This document shows, in pieces, positions 1 to 13,788 of a stretch of DNA of 64,000 nucleotides. Under the pieces are notes generated by a model. It worked only from the letters and a program-made list of their open reading frames with translations. It did no database searches and was not told the DNA's origin. The DNA is taken from assembly GCA_038496445.1 (NCBI GenBank), contig JALMLS010000369.1, positions 124,001 to 188,000 of the forward strand, read 5' to 3'. This stretch comes from Trichosphaerium sp. ATCC 40318 (Eukaryota; Protista; Tubulinea). Made by a program: the position numbers and the translations under genes. How positions within the stretch are numbered: position 1 is the stretch's first letter; each line of letters begins with the position of its first letter.

Positions 1-1056
1 TAGAAAAGAAAAAAAGAAGATTACGCACACTATCAAATAGCTCTTTCAGGTTTTTTTGTGTTAAAGCGGAACACTCAACGTATTTAGCCATACCAAGTGC
101 TTTGGCTTTGTCTTGTGCTTCCTTGATTGCTATAATTTCTGTTATTGTCTTAATGATTCAACAAAATCTTAAAGACACATTGAGTACGTACAAACAGTCC
201 TCTCTGCAGCTAAATCTGAATAACAATGGTGAGTATTTATAGGTAAAACTCAGGTAAAGGTTATTTATATTACCTTCTTTGAATCCTGCTAGAACTAATG
301 CAGCTTCAGGAGCACCTTTTTTAGCTACATCAACCCACTAAGGTTTATTAATATTATGTTGTTTCAGTTTTAATAAATTCAGGAATCCATACAACACCAA
401 CATCATTGAAACTCTCCTCGTCTGTGATTGAAAAACAAACAGCAAATACATTTGTTTGTGGGAATGATAGCGCAGTAAGCTGAAGAAAAAGTGAGTTCAA
501 AACGATCAACTTTTTTGTTCGGATTTCTTGTCTGTCTTTAGTTGCTTTTTATTTAGCCTCCGAGATTCCATTTACGCTCGTTTGCTGGAACGTATAACGT
601 GGCGATTTAAAAACACTTTTTCGTGATTTCGAAAATCAGAATCACGTGCACTCGAAAAAAGTAAACCGTACACGCAACATTTGTTCGTCTTTGCTTCCGA
701 ACGTATCTACGATTGTCAGCGGTTTACAGAGAAGGAGAAAACAAAAATGGTTTTTTATTTTACCCCACAAGCCTAAATTAACAGGATGGCCATTAGACAT
801 AATGTTAACGCTGTAATTATCACTGATAAAGGCGTTAATGAAGTGTTACGCCGTTTAGACTGTAGTACATTGTTTTTGGAACGTATGATGGAAAAGCTTC
901 TGTCGAATAGCTAATTATACAACCTTAAGGTGTTTTAGGATAGTTTTGTACGTTTCTAATTCTTACATGTTTTGCCAACCTTGTTTGCGCCCACGAATAC
1001 ACTATCACAGTTAACATATGCGTAAATAATGCTACTAACCATTTAATAGACTTCAT
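1..1056 (-). CDS. Atypical Rac/Rho-family small GTPase, multi-exon, 3' end runs off the window
   Basis: Manual splicing gives [85 protein letters not shown]...YVECSALTQKNLKELFD, colinear with Rac1 motifs. Confidence 0.9.
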
Positions 1057-1410
1057 ATTTAACGTTCGTTAGCCTAATTGACATCCTCCTTCTTTCCGAC
1101 TTAACTTATCCGACTTATCGATCCTTATATATGCGCAACCTCTAGCCTCCTTAGGGCCACGCCAACGAATTTGAGATGGCTGTTCTTGTATTTAGGGTTG
1201 GTTCTAGCCTCATTGTCGTGAGTTAGGCAACCAAGATTTCTATGGACTTGCGACACACTTTTTTTTCATACTGCCTCGAAAGTCACCCAGATTGTAGCTG
1301 TTTGGATTAGCAGTGTACCTACCTATTGTGGTCTAGACTCCGCATTTGGAAATACCTGTTTTTGGTTTTTTTGAAGCTATCAACAAACCAAGAAGCGTCT
1401 ACGCTTAAAC

Positions 1411-4113
1411 ATGCTTAGTATATCCTCTCTAGTGTATATCACAGTTTTAGCGGCTATTGTAGGCTGCGAATGCGAGGTCTACTACATGAGGCCTAATGGA
1501 ACCGGTAATGGTACCACAGAGGATTTGTACGCCTTTTTTTCGCTATACGAATGTTTTTCTTCGTAATTTTACTCCAAGAGCTGCAGGAAAGTTCAATTCA
1601 ATAAGCGGATTAAAAGGAGGTGATACTGTGCTTGTATCTGGTGGCAACTATACGACTTTTTATAAATGCGAGTATAACGTCTCAACAAGGCACCCTTTGT
1701 TGGCTTCGTTTCAAGGTTCAACAGGAAATCACATCATTATTAAAAACAAACCAGGTACGCAAGGCCAGACAACTGTTAGTATTTGGTGTTAATGTTGTCT
1801 TTTAGGCGAAGAGCCTTGGTTTTTTCTAGATTTTGAAGACGGTTGCACAATTACTCCTAACGAGTACAATGAGAAAAATGTTTGGGTGTGGTCAGCGTTA
1901 CCTTTTGACTCTCTACGTCATGTGACTTTCGAAGGCATAAATGTTGGGTCTGGTATAAGTACGTCTGACTGTCTGGAGTGGAAGAATCACGGTGTAAGGT
2001 TTTTTTATCTAACTTTCTTTTAAGCCAGAGGATTTGGATGTGATAGATGTGTTGACGTTTCATTCACGAAAGCAACATTGCGTGATTGTGGTGGACAATG
2101 TGTATTTATAGCGACTAATTCTGTTAATGTTACAGTAAAGGATTTAGATATAATACCAGGAAAAGGTAAACTTCAAAAAAATAGTGGCCATCAAGCGTGA
2201 TATGTTCGCTAATTTGTGGCCTTAGATATCGGAATAGATGGACTAACATATGGAGGTACGATATAGATATCCATCTATCTAGTACAGGTATTAATTGCAG
2301 TTAGGTGTCAACATTTTTGATAATTGTACCGGTACAATAGTATCAAACGTAACAATTACAAATGCCAATGGAGATGGTGACTTTGGCATCTGGATTACTG
2401 ACTCCTATGAAACAGTAAGTAGAAATAGTAACGTGATAAATCAGCTCTTGTTGCATGTTGTGGCTTTGTTCATGTTGTGTTATGTAGTCGAATGGCATTG
2501 TTTTTTGACTGTTACGCTTAAAGACATGTTTTTTTTAACTTAGTACTAGGTGTTGCAGGGTAATAAGCTTGTTTCCAATACAAATCAGATTATGTTATCT
2601 CAAGGCACTTCTGATACAATTATAACCAGGTACCACCTTTCGTTTAACCACCAACAACGAAAAAAAAGTGAAATTTCGGGTTATTTTAACTTTTTTTTTG
2701 GGATTCTTTTTGAGTTGGTGTTTATTTTCATGTTTAGAAATGTGATATCTGGTGGGAACTATGGTATATTCCAATTTTGTCCTCCTTGGAAAAATGATTG
2801 TGTCAATTTAGTCGAATTTTTTACAGAGAATACTCTGGTTTCAAACAATTTGTTTATCAATATAGCCAACCTCTCCAATCATCTTGTAAAGCCTATTGGA
2901 GGTGGATTTTATTATAATGTATTCCACAACATCTATGATCATAACGGTCTATTCCCTGGGTTTTCTACATGCGTTCAAATAAGGAACAATATCTTATCAG
3001 GGTACTTGTTTTATCTACCAATGTTATCTGCACTAACACCCTGTAGCGAAACTGTAACCCCGGGTCGAGAGATTATATATCTTAGTGATTGTAGTGATGA
3101 AATGAGTCACAATAACTTTCACAGGGAAGGCACAGGCGGTCAATACGGCTTTAGTCTTCATGGCAACTTTAATGTTGATTCAAAATTTAAAACTGAAATC
3201 ACAGATGATCCTGAGAGTACAAGACTTAGTTCGTTATCATCTTTACTATTTTATGGTATAAGCGTTGGTGAACAAGAAGATTATCACAAAGACTCACGAA
3301 GAGATGGCAATACAACACTTGGTATGACTATTCTTTTCTGAGACTTTTTAGTTGTTTTACAAATATGGTTTAGGTCTCTTCAGAGAGTGTTTTGATATCG
3401 GAGATAATGATACCTGTACTAAAGTAGGTTCATTTAATATTGAAAGAAGAATTAGACCAATCGGTGGAGCATTTATAAATGGTACTAGGAAGTGATCTGT
3501 CTATTTATTTACTCTTTCTATTAGGAACTATCATTGTTAATAATGATGCAACACTTTCGTTCAATGGTTCCACAATATATGCATTTACAAATAGCTGCGT
3601 TTCAGTACAAGGTAAACCCGAACAGTTGAGGGTACCATGCTCACTATTGTAGGATCTTTCCTTGTGAGTGTCGAAACCTTCAGCAATAACTTTACTGAAA
3701 ACTCCAACTATACTCTTCTCGAATTTCCTGATACTTGCACTCCAAGTGTAGAGAACATAACAATCAGTGGTGGTGGCCCTTGTAATGAGCCCCGTCTTAA
3801 TGTTGTTGGCACGTATTTTATTGTTTTGCGTTGATGCAGGGCATTCTAAAATATCACTTTGCCTAACTTGTCTTTAGGATCATCAATTATAGTTGTTTTC
3901 CTGTTTAGCTGCCAAGAATCTGCAAATGCAAGCAACTTAGTGTACATAATATCCGGATCAGTTGTTGGTGTTATACTGGTTCTTGTTGTGATGATTATTG
4001 TCATTGCTGTAATATGGCAACCTGAATTTCTATTCCCCCACAGCAGGAAAAACAGGAAGAAAAAAACAGTCATAGGTCGCAACGCAAATGTATCAGTACC
4101 GTTAGAGTGTTAA
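1411..4113 (+). CDS. Single-pass membrane protein with probable right-handed parallel beta-helix (pectin-lyase-like) ectodomain
   Basis: Signal peptide MLSISSLVYITVLAAIVGCEC; 'LKGGDTVLVSGGNY', Asn/Ile-rich beta-helix-like exons; TM segment IISGSVVGVILVLVVMIIVIAVIW followed by basic RKNRKKK. Confidence 0.6.
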
Positions 4114-4597
4114 TAAACACAAGTTAGAATAGTTGCAATGCCTATTTTTGTTGGCTGTGTACTTGCGCTTTTGAACAAATCGTGTTTAGAAAATTCTACA
4201 CATTTCGACGATTTTTCTCGAAGGCTTGATTTCCACTAGTAGTGGCCACTTATGTTTACAGTGTGACATAGAACTTGACTTTACAATATTAATTCTGTAT
4301 CGTAATACCTCTGATTTCACGTGCAACAATATTTGATCATTAAAAAAAAACCAATACATAAATCAAACACTAGCAATGCTAAATCAAATAAATGCCTTCA
4401 AATAAAAATTTTGCCAAATACCCGGCTGTATTTAATAGCCAACTAATTTACATGTGCTACAAGTATATTATGTACCAAGTACTTACAATTAGCACAACAG
4501 AATATAATCCCCATTATTTTTTTGTTGTCATAACTTCGAAGACTTTGAAAGTCTTCGTGTTTCAACGGCAAAAAAAAACTAGGTAAAAATAATCCTC

Positions 4598-7044
4598 CTA
4601 ATCTTCAGCATCAAAGAACTCATCGTCGCTCTCGTCATCACCGCCTTTATCTTGTAGTGTAACAGCATCTGTTTTTTCTGTAATTTCTTGTACATCATCT
4701 GCGTCAGAAGGAGAAGATCCACTACCACTGAGTTTGCTAAACTCTGGCTTTAGGTTCCAAACACCATCCTCATCTTTTGTGAAAAATTGTCTTGGCTTTT
4801 CTTTGAATCCCTCACTAAAACAAGCAATAAGTATAAGATAGTTTACGTACTTTCAAGACGATAGAGCCGAAATAAAAATAAAAGAAAAAAAAAATTGAAA
4901 TATTTCAATTTACCTTATTCTGTCACGTTGAGCTTGCTCAATTGTAGTCTTTGCATCATCTGCCTTTTGAAGATCTCCGCCCAATACATTACGTGTTACA
5001 TCAGCCCAAATCCTTTGATCCATTAGATAAAGGAGGGAAAGAGAAAAAACAACGAGGAACGAAATCCTTCATTTTTTGCATAAAAAAAGTCCAACGCTAA
5101 GATTGAGCGTTTGTGCTAACACCATTTTTTTGAAAATATATAGTACATACTTTGTAGAATCCCAATCATTTTTATCTTCCCATTTAGGATACAACATCTT
5201 GGCTTGTTTTGGGTTATCCTTCTCATCACTGGAAACTATAATTGTTTTATTAGGGTACTTCTCCTCTTCTCCCTCAGGCGCTGCAGGTACGACTTTTACA
5301 AGGCTAATGACTTCTAAATAGAAGAAATACAATCAGTTAAATGTTGGTTTAAAAATAACGTGATTTGCACGTGATAACTTGCCTTTTTTACCCCAAAATC
5401 CTTCAAGCTTGTAAGTAGGTTTATCGTTATCTAAGTCCTCTTTTCCGACGTATATTCCTCCTGTAACTTCAGTTTTACGGTTTTTATCAGCGTAATTCGT
5501 TTTTGCGAATATTTGGGTTTCTACGCAGAAAAAATCAAGTTTATCCATCCACGTGTGATAACGTGTTCCCCATAATACGTTTTTAATTGCCAAACTTGGG
5601 ATACACTAAACAGAAAGTCAAGGTTTTTCGATTGAAATAAAAAAGATTCATTGAAAAAAAAAAAGGATCTCAAGTAGCGTGAACGGTGCTCTGAATCTTT
5701 TTGATGATGCGATTTTAAATGTTAAATATTTTATGACGTACATCAACAGCAACGTATGTTTCATTAAAATTGTGATAGGTAATTTCTAATACTCCATTTT
5801 CTAACAAACAAGTGTTAAAAATAAGGTACAAAAAAATGGAAAAAATATTTTACACATTGACTATTTTTTTGACGTACGAGTCAAGCTGACCCAAGTGCCA
5901 TGGTACTATTTAATTATTAGTATAATCAACAAAATATAAAATATAAATTTTCGCTTTAAAAAGTCGAAGAGGGTCTCCTACAATCGAAACAATTTTCAAA
6001 AAAATATTTTTTCACTTTTTTGTTGGTAAAAAAAGCCGAGTTTGTTCCCAGAGACAGTCGCACTAGGACGTGCTAGATAGACCCGTAAATATAATAAAAA
6101 GCACTAAAGGAGGCCCTCTACTAAATGATCCGGGTACAGTCTTTGACACCAACCGTTTGTTATGAAAGTCTTTATCAACGTACTTTTACTGCAAACTCAA
6201 CATTGCATTTTATGGTGATGTTTTGTTTTACATCCTCAATAACAAATGCGCCCATAGGTGGATGATGAGACACTTGTTCTGCCGTAAAATAAGTTTCATT
6301 ATCATCTGTTTTTAGGAAGCATTCATGGCACTCTCCGAGAACAGGATTGTAAGGTTTCTTTTGAAACTAAAGCGAATTGATTAGCTACACGAAGAGCAGA
6401 GTTATTTGAAAAAAGAAAAAACAATAAACTTATAAAAACACTATCAGTTGTTATTATCAAGGCAAATGACCTGTTGTGGTACCAGTACGGAAAAAAACAA
6501 CCCAACATGATTTTGCTCAAAGTCTGTAGTTGTAATTTAACCGCGTATAGCACTAAAAAGGTAATGAGAGTATTTTGAACATACGTAGGAGCGTTTAAAG
6601 GCAGCGTAAACATAATTCATGACTATCGCCATTCTCTCAACTGGGGACTTTGTGTTGTTCCCGCTACGCCATGTTATACACTGTTGGCGAGTTATTGTAA
6701 GAAACAAACGTACGCGTTCAAAACGGGAAACCAACCAAGACAGCGTGAAGCACATAGCTCCAGGGCAGAGTAGGGTTCACAAAAGCCAGCCGGAAGGCCT
6801 GTATTAATAATTATTTGGAGACTATTGTAGTACACTTCTACGTACCCACTTTTGTGACATCGCCACCATTCAGGCGCAATTTATTTACGACCATCTTCGC
6901 TACAGCCCAAATTCCAAGCTTTCTGGCTCTCCAAGGACCAATGGAGTGTACGTAAGAAAACCCCTCTACGTATTCTTCAATCCACTCCTCGCCTTCCTCG
7001 CGAAATGGCACATTTGCCTCTGCACCACCCAAAAACATTGACAT
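4598..7044 (-). CDS. Oxysterol-binding protein-related (ORP), short form, with C-terminal FFAT motif
   Basis: Spliced product has [20 protein letters not shown], the ORP signature AEQVSHHPP, and IKNVLWG; it ends [13 protein letters not shown]. Confidence 0.9.
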
Positions 7045-7578
7045 TACGTATACGCGCTCTAAATAGTTTGTGATTACGTCAATGTGTATGTAGGACCACG
7101 TTGACGCCTTTGACAGTCACTTAACAAAAAAAGACGAGTTTTGACCACTCAGTGTTATTATGCCGTTCAACTTGCGGAGCGTTTCTGAGCGACGATAACA
7201 AATTGGTTCTTTCGCGAAAATACAAAAACAAAGACCGGCTAGTTACTGCTCCTAGCACCCTCGATAAAGCGAGTGATGGTATCAATAATTTCGACACGTT
7301 CGCTACCTTCACTGTAAAATATCCAACAATCCGAGTACCCTTTACATGCGTGTACGCCATCAAACACCTTTTGAAACTGTCGGGGAAAGAAATAATCGAA
7401 AATATCGAAAAATATCGTAAACCCTATGAAGCAAAAAAAACCAAATGCAGCAATGGCGAAAATTAGTTCATTTACAAATTGATCGAAAATTTTGGCTTTT
7501 TGGGAGTACTAACTACAGAAGGGGGTTCGTCATCACCTAATATTACAACATTAACAACAAGCCCATGCTAAACAAGTG

Positions 7579-9393
7579 TTATTCAGCAAACGTACTGGAG
7601 CTGCTGCTTGAAGCCGACAAGTCATAGTCATCTGAATCACTACTTGATTCATTATGTCTCCGCCTGGTAATTGGTGGCGGTGTACAATCGGCTAAAAAGT
7701 AGTGTGAGATAAACAGAAAACAGCCTTTTTTATGATGGTACCATTGTAGTGAGAGCGTGAAGTTTGGCACGACTCCATAGGGGATATTGGTGCTTGGGGC
7801 CGAGGACTAGCAGGGAGAGTCTTGAGATGCGTATTAGGTGGTACAGTTCCCCGTTTGTTCTTTTCATGATGTGTATTTTTTTCTCGGTTTGATAAATGCT
7901 GTGATAGCACGTCCCATTGCTTCTGTCCATCAAGGACTTTTTGAACAGCTGGCTGCTCTAATCCAATATTGCGGAATGTCAAAGAAAGATGCACTATAGT
8001 GCCCATGTACTGAGTCTCAGTATTAAGTTTATGCCTAAATGTTTGTTGTCAACTAATGATTATCTTGTTTTTGACGCATACCTATTAATAAAAGATTCTA
8101 TTAAGCGTGAAATAAGATTGCCACTTGTCATGATGGCTACTACGTCCTTTGCAGAAGCGGAGCGAATACAGTGTATAATTATACCTTCAACAAGGTGATG
8201 TACGAAACTATTTGTTTCATGTTTAAACAGTAAGTCCTTGAGAAAAAAAAACCATTTAGATACATCGCAACTAGGAAGAAATAAAAGAGTAGAATTACCA
8301 ATAAACGAGCCATTAAATCAAGTTCCATTATTGCTGGAATAACGCAAGGATATGTTTTTCCCAAAGCACATACGCTCTCTAGTACCTCCAGGATCTACAC
8401 AAGACGTTTTAGAATGCAAAGGAACAAAGCAAATCCGAATTGAGCGAAAAAAGTAAAGGCAGGAAAATAAAATAGTTTATGCGTTTCCTGACCTTGGTTC
8501 GCGCAAGTCCAAACATTGGAACAACTGATCCATTTGCAGCTTTCCTCTGTAGTGGTTTCCATTGTTTTGGAGGAGCAAATAACAGTTTGTTCAAAATAGG
8601 AAGTGAACGTATAAATGTTACGAGCCACTTTGGTGCGTTTGATGGTATCTTCATTATTTGTTGAGCAACTTCCTACGGAAATAAAAAAATTAAATAAATA
8701 GTAAAGGAAAAAAAAGAAAAAATATTAATTGACCCTTTTACAGCGTTAAAGTCGTACCTCACAATCTCTTGATTGTAGCATTGTATCAATGAGTACAATA
8801 AAAATCTCTAGACCAAGGCCAAAGTTGATTTTGCTCACCTAAGCGTTGTGAGTGCTGTCAACAAAAAAAAAAGAGTGCAAAAATTTACCGTTGGCGCTGT
8901 TATAGCGGCTAGCAATTTCTCATAGTTGGAAGTTTCGTCCATAGCCTGATACACAGCTTGTTGAAGATGTGAATTATCTAGAATATCAATAAACGCTTGA
9001 CAAGCGTTAACAGTCTCCTAGCGATTAGTTTTAGCAATAAAAGGGTAGAGTGCGAGCTGGTTTTGGTATTATTGCGAGTATTTATACCTGTTTCTCGAAT
9101 TTAGCATCAAACATCAGCAAAAGCTTTGGTATTATCAATTTGATTAATTTACACCATCTGGTGTTTACGTCTTCATCGTCAGGGATAGTAACTTCATTTA
9201 CTAAGCCCTCAATAAACTCCTGGGTCTGTACATCAGGGGAGAAGCTTTGCAAAAACGATTCTAGGGAATCAGGCCCTGTAGAGCTATCTTCTACGCTGTC
9301 GGTGACCATAGGCTGTACTTCGCCCAATAGGCCAGTAGGTGATAATGGTACTGAAATAAAATCGGTAAGCGTTTGCGTTGGTGTGTTTAGCAT
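7579..9393 (-). CDS. Uncharacterised multi-exon protein (boundaries approximate)
   Basis: Chain of minus-strand exons with GT-AG boundaries from ATG 9393 to a Ser/Asp-rich tail ending at 7579; no family recognised. Confidence 0.5.
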
Positions 9394-9817
9394 AGCTTAC
9401 ATTCCTCTGTCATGATGGAAAGGCGTCAAATTAACAATCGCTTCGTGCGCCTGCACGGGTTTCAGTTGAAAGGCTCTAACGTGCCTGTACGGGGTTAAAA
9501 ACACCGTATGTAAATAAAGAAGTTCGAGTCTTCTTTGCCAAAAGTGCTGACCGTGTAGATGGTAGTATATCTACTAGCGTGTAGCCTTACCTCCGATGAC
9601 TAGAGTGCCTGTTCTAAAATTACAGTATATTGCTTAGAGAAGCTAAGTTCGCTCTGCTCCTCTAATATTGGTTGGTAAGCGACTCACCACAATCTTTAGC
9701 GCAAGTGAAAGAAAGGTAAACTAACGACCCAAGCCACCAATAAGCCAAAACTGCCTTAATGCGTATTTCTATTATTTTTCCGTTGTGCTCTGTGTTTATC
9801 ATAATCAAATACCTACA

Positions 9818-10998
9818 ATGAGCAAAAGACACAAGACGCCACAAAATTTCAAAGTTCTCACGAATGTTGCTGTAGTACGACTTAAGAAAGGAGGAAAGCG
9901 TTTCGAAATTGCTTGTTACCCCAACAAAGTTCAGGAATGGCGTAAAAATATGTATGTTAGGGCTGTTTTATTCAGTGTAATTGTTTTGTAGAGAAACAGA
10001 CATTGATGAAGTTCTTCAGTCCGAGGAGATATTCGTCAACGTTGCTCAAGGCGAATTGGCCAATAACAAAATGTTAAAACGCGTATTTAAATCAACCAAT
10101 CGAAGCAAATTGTGTTTAGAGGTGCGTTTGCGTAATAACGCATTGTAAAAAACGTCACTGACATCTGTACTAGATTTTAAACAACGGGCAACTCCAACTT
10201 GCTACAAAGGAGCGTAAGGATCAACAAAAGAAGATATTTAATGAGATAGCCACAATTGTACGCTCAAATCGTTTACCTGAACTCTTATTCTTTTTTCAGG
10301 TTTCTGAAAAATGTATTGACACAACAACAAACAGGTTTGTGATGGAGTGTCATAGTCTTAACTAACCTCAATATTAGACCAGTAACTGTAGGACTTATTG
10401 AGCGTACAATGAAAGAAATTCACTTTGCTGTTAACCCTACAAGATCAGCAAAGCAACAAGTACAAATTTTTTTTGATTTGTTCCAGTTTTTTTGTCTTAT
10501 ATTTATTCTAGGCACTAGCAGTTATAAAAGATCTTCAAACAAAGCTTCCAATTGAGCGTGCAAAGATGAGATTGACGTTAAATTTTGAATTATCAGAAAC
10601 GTTAACTCCAGAGTCTATAAATGATGCCTTGAAGTCTTACATTTCTTACGAATTAATAAGAAAAGTAGAAAACAAATTAACAATTGTATGTTTCTAACAT
10701 TTGCATGGCCAGTATGCTTACTAAAACAATGTAGCAATGTTTAATGATTCCAAGAGACTATAGGGCTGTTAATAAGGCCACTACTGATATGAAGGGAAAG
10801 ATGGATATTACGGTAAGATAACATAACGATTTCACTTTTTTTTGACCTGTCATTGACACATTCCAGGTTCACAATTTGATACCAGCAGAAGACGAGTTTC
10901 TTGAACAGTATGAAGATGCTACATTACCTATTTTTGTTGGATTACCTGCGTTTGCTGTAGAAGAAGCAGAAGAAACACAAGAGAACAAAGAGGAGTGA
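9818..10998 (+). CDS. SBDS: Ribosome maturation protein SBDS/Sdo1
   Basis: [25 protein letters not shown]; [15 protein letters not shown]; [23 protein letters not shown]; IERAKMRL. Confidence 0.95.
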
Positions 10999-11077
10999 GG
11001 TGTTCCGGAATTTTTTGTAAATAAAACACAAAGTTACTTAACATAAAATGAGAGATTTACAAACATAAGATTGGTAA

Positions 11078-13215
11078 ATGCACAATGTGGTTTGGTGTCG
11101 CACTCTCGTTGTCAAAAACGGCACCGGTACGTCATGACCACTTAATTTCGGAGCCCTAGTACTCATAGCGTTAATTCTGGAGTTGATTGACTTTTTCTCG
11201 TCAGAAAGGAGGCAAATACGCCAAGCTGGCACCGTGCGATCGCCCAAAGGCTTTTGGGATATACGTGACAATGTAGTTGAAGGGTTGGAAAAATATGCTC
11301 GTAGATTTCGCTTAAAAGTAATTTTTGAGCGTATATAACCTAATATTAAGGTTCTAGTAGGTTTTAGATGATTTTTACAAAACAGGAGTGGATGACGTTA
11401 GAGACGCTAAAATGGGCAAAATATTAAGCTGGTAATGCTATTGACGTTAAAAAAGTGCTTATAAATTAAAGCGGTGGTGATTCTCTATGCAAAGTGTTGC
11501 AACTCGCATATCCCAACCATGAATGGATACCATGGAACTTTCTGTACGTAATACATCTACCTGTCAAACATTGACACTTCCTAGATCATCACCACATCAC
11601 CAATGGTCATACGTAGAGAATCAGCGAGCAAAATTCGATGAACTCGCACAAGCGTTGAACTACAAGATCGTAGCAGACTTTTACAGTGTAAACTATACTC
11701 ACATGAAGGACTATGGATGTTTAGGTCTATTGAGAAGGTACTTTGACGCTAGAACCCTGCTGCTTGTTTCTTATTCTTACGTTTTGTTGCTTGAGAATAG
11801 ATATGGCAACAGTATTTTCATGGCATTGCAGACTATGTATCCTCAACAAAAATGGGATAGAACAAAGTTCATAAAGACGTATGTCCACTTCATAATACCA
11901 AGAAAAGAATTCCAGTTGAGCGCTTCTTCATTCGACTTGTGTTGGCCTAAAAAGAAATGTCATTTTTTTCAACCTTTTTTTAAACCTTTTGTCTCCGAAC
12001 CTGATTCAATAATTACACCATATTTTTGTGCTTTTTAGCTGATAATTTGGTGAAAATTTGGTGATGTTTCTATAGGGTTCATAAGCCAAGGAAGAAAGTG
12101 ATTCCTGTCGTGACTTCATCAGGTAACTTAACTTTGATACAAAATCAACGGGAGTATTTTGATGAGATGGGTCAACAGTTTGGTTACAAGACTCTTGATG
12201 ATTGGTATAAAGTCAAGCCATCTCAAATAAGTCGTGGTTATATACGACGTTTAGTAGAAAAGTACGTTGTTTGATTGTTAACGCTTTAAGAAAATAAGAG
12301 GAAAAAACCAAAATGCGCCAAACTTTAATCCTTTGTATTTAGATATTTTGACTCCTCTATCACCAAAGCTGTTGTCGCAGTTTATCCCGAGTACCCATGG
12401 GACAATGATTCATTCGTAGAGTACGCAAAAATTAGAGTTGTGTTGGTGACACTGGGCGTTCGATTGAACAAACAAAAAGTATCGTACTAATTTTATTTTT
12501 GTTTGTAGAACGAGTACTTTTTTGAAGCGAAGGGAAAAAGGCTTTTGGAAGAATAAGAGAAATGCTGTCAAGTATTTGCTTGAGTTAGAGAAGGAATTCA
12601 ACATCTCAGAGCCAACTGCTTGGTACATTTTGTATTTTTTGGGCTTAAAATATTCTTATTTTTTTCGTACCTTTTACTCTCTTCTCAATGCATATTTATT
12701 GGTATGTTTATGTGCTCCGTAAGAGAGGAAAATGTGCTCCATACATACGTCAAAACTCTACTTACAACACCCACTTCCAAACATACAGAGCTCCAAAACA
12801 ACTCTCATAACTTACTGAACACTTAGGTATCGTATTGGATATGATAGGATTGCTGAAATTGGTGGGAGAGGTTTTCGTATTTATCTATTAAAAACATTGA
12901 ATATTGTTTATCCTGATTACGACTGGGATAAGGGTACTTTTGCAAATATGAAAACAAACTCAAAGCAATGGTACCAACAAGAACTACAACTTTTTTTTTT
13001 TGTATTTATTTTCAAAACAACTTGGACTTACGAGAGGTAGGGTATTGTTGAAATCTGCTAAAGATATATTTTTCATTAAGCAAACAGTGAAGTGATCGTT
13101 GGGAATGTAAAGAATGCGATAAAGCATCTCTTGATAAAGCAAACCTCAATACTGTGCATAGTGATGGCAATACCAGACATAGTATTGGATAGCATCAATA
13201 CGAAGGAACATAAAT
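11078..13215 (+). CDS. Trp/Gly helical-repeat protein, paralog of 24.9-27.5 kb; C-terminal nuclease not evident; ends approximate
   Basis: Repeats such as W..VENQRAKFDELAQALNY....DFY.V...YG..GLLRR|YGNSIFMALQTMYPQQKW and KGFWKNKRNAVKYLLELEKEFNISEPTAW|YR. Confidence 0.6.
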
Positions 13216-13788
13216 GAAACCAAGACAAACCACTGGCTCACAGAGCAGTAAGATGTATTAATAGTAAGAATAAACAAATGACGTTACATTATCGTTAGGC
13301 CATTGGAGTTGCTTGACTCTTTTATTGCTTAGATGGGACACCGTCACAAACACGCTATAGTAATGCTCAAATATGCGCATGTGATAGCGTTCACTACACG
13401 TGAAAAAATGTGACTTTTCTATCCACGCGTACCAGCGCAAAAAAAAACCATGAGGAGTGTTGTAACAGTTTTGATGGATAGAACCACAATAGCATGTAAA
13501 ATCACTAAATTTTTATTCTAGCTAGCATGCTATTTGTATCTGGGCAAGTGGCTTAACAGAAAGTCAATCTTAAGGTAGTTGCAAGCACTTAGACATGGAT
13601 ATGTACTTAGTCCTGTTTACGCTAACAAATAAATGGTTTGTAGTACGCTAAAGAGAGTTAATTTTTTTCAATTTTAAAAATACCAACCGCGATGGCCAAC
13701 TCGAGAAGTGTTAGCAATACATACATTTTTATAGAGAAACAATTGTTAGATGCTTATGTAAACAAATAGGCCATTACTATTAGTAAAC

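Noticed and set aside
7090-7470. ORFs on both strands between OSBP and the next gene
   Set aside because: No recognisable motif or clear splice chain; probably promoter/intergenic sequence
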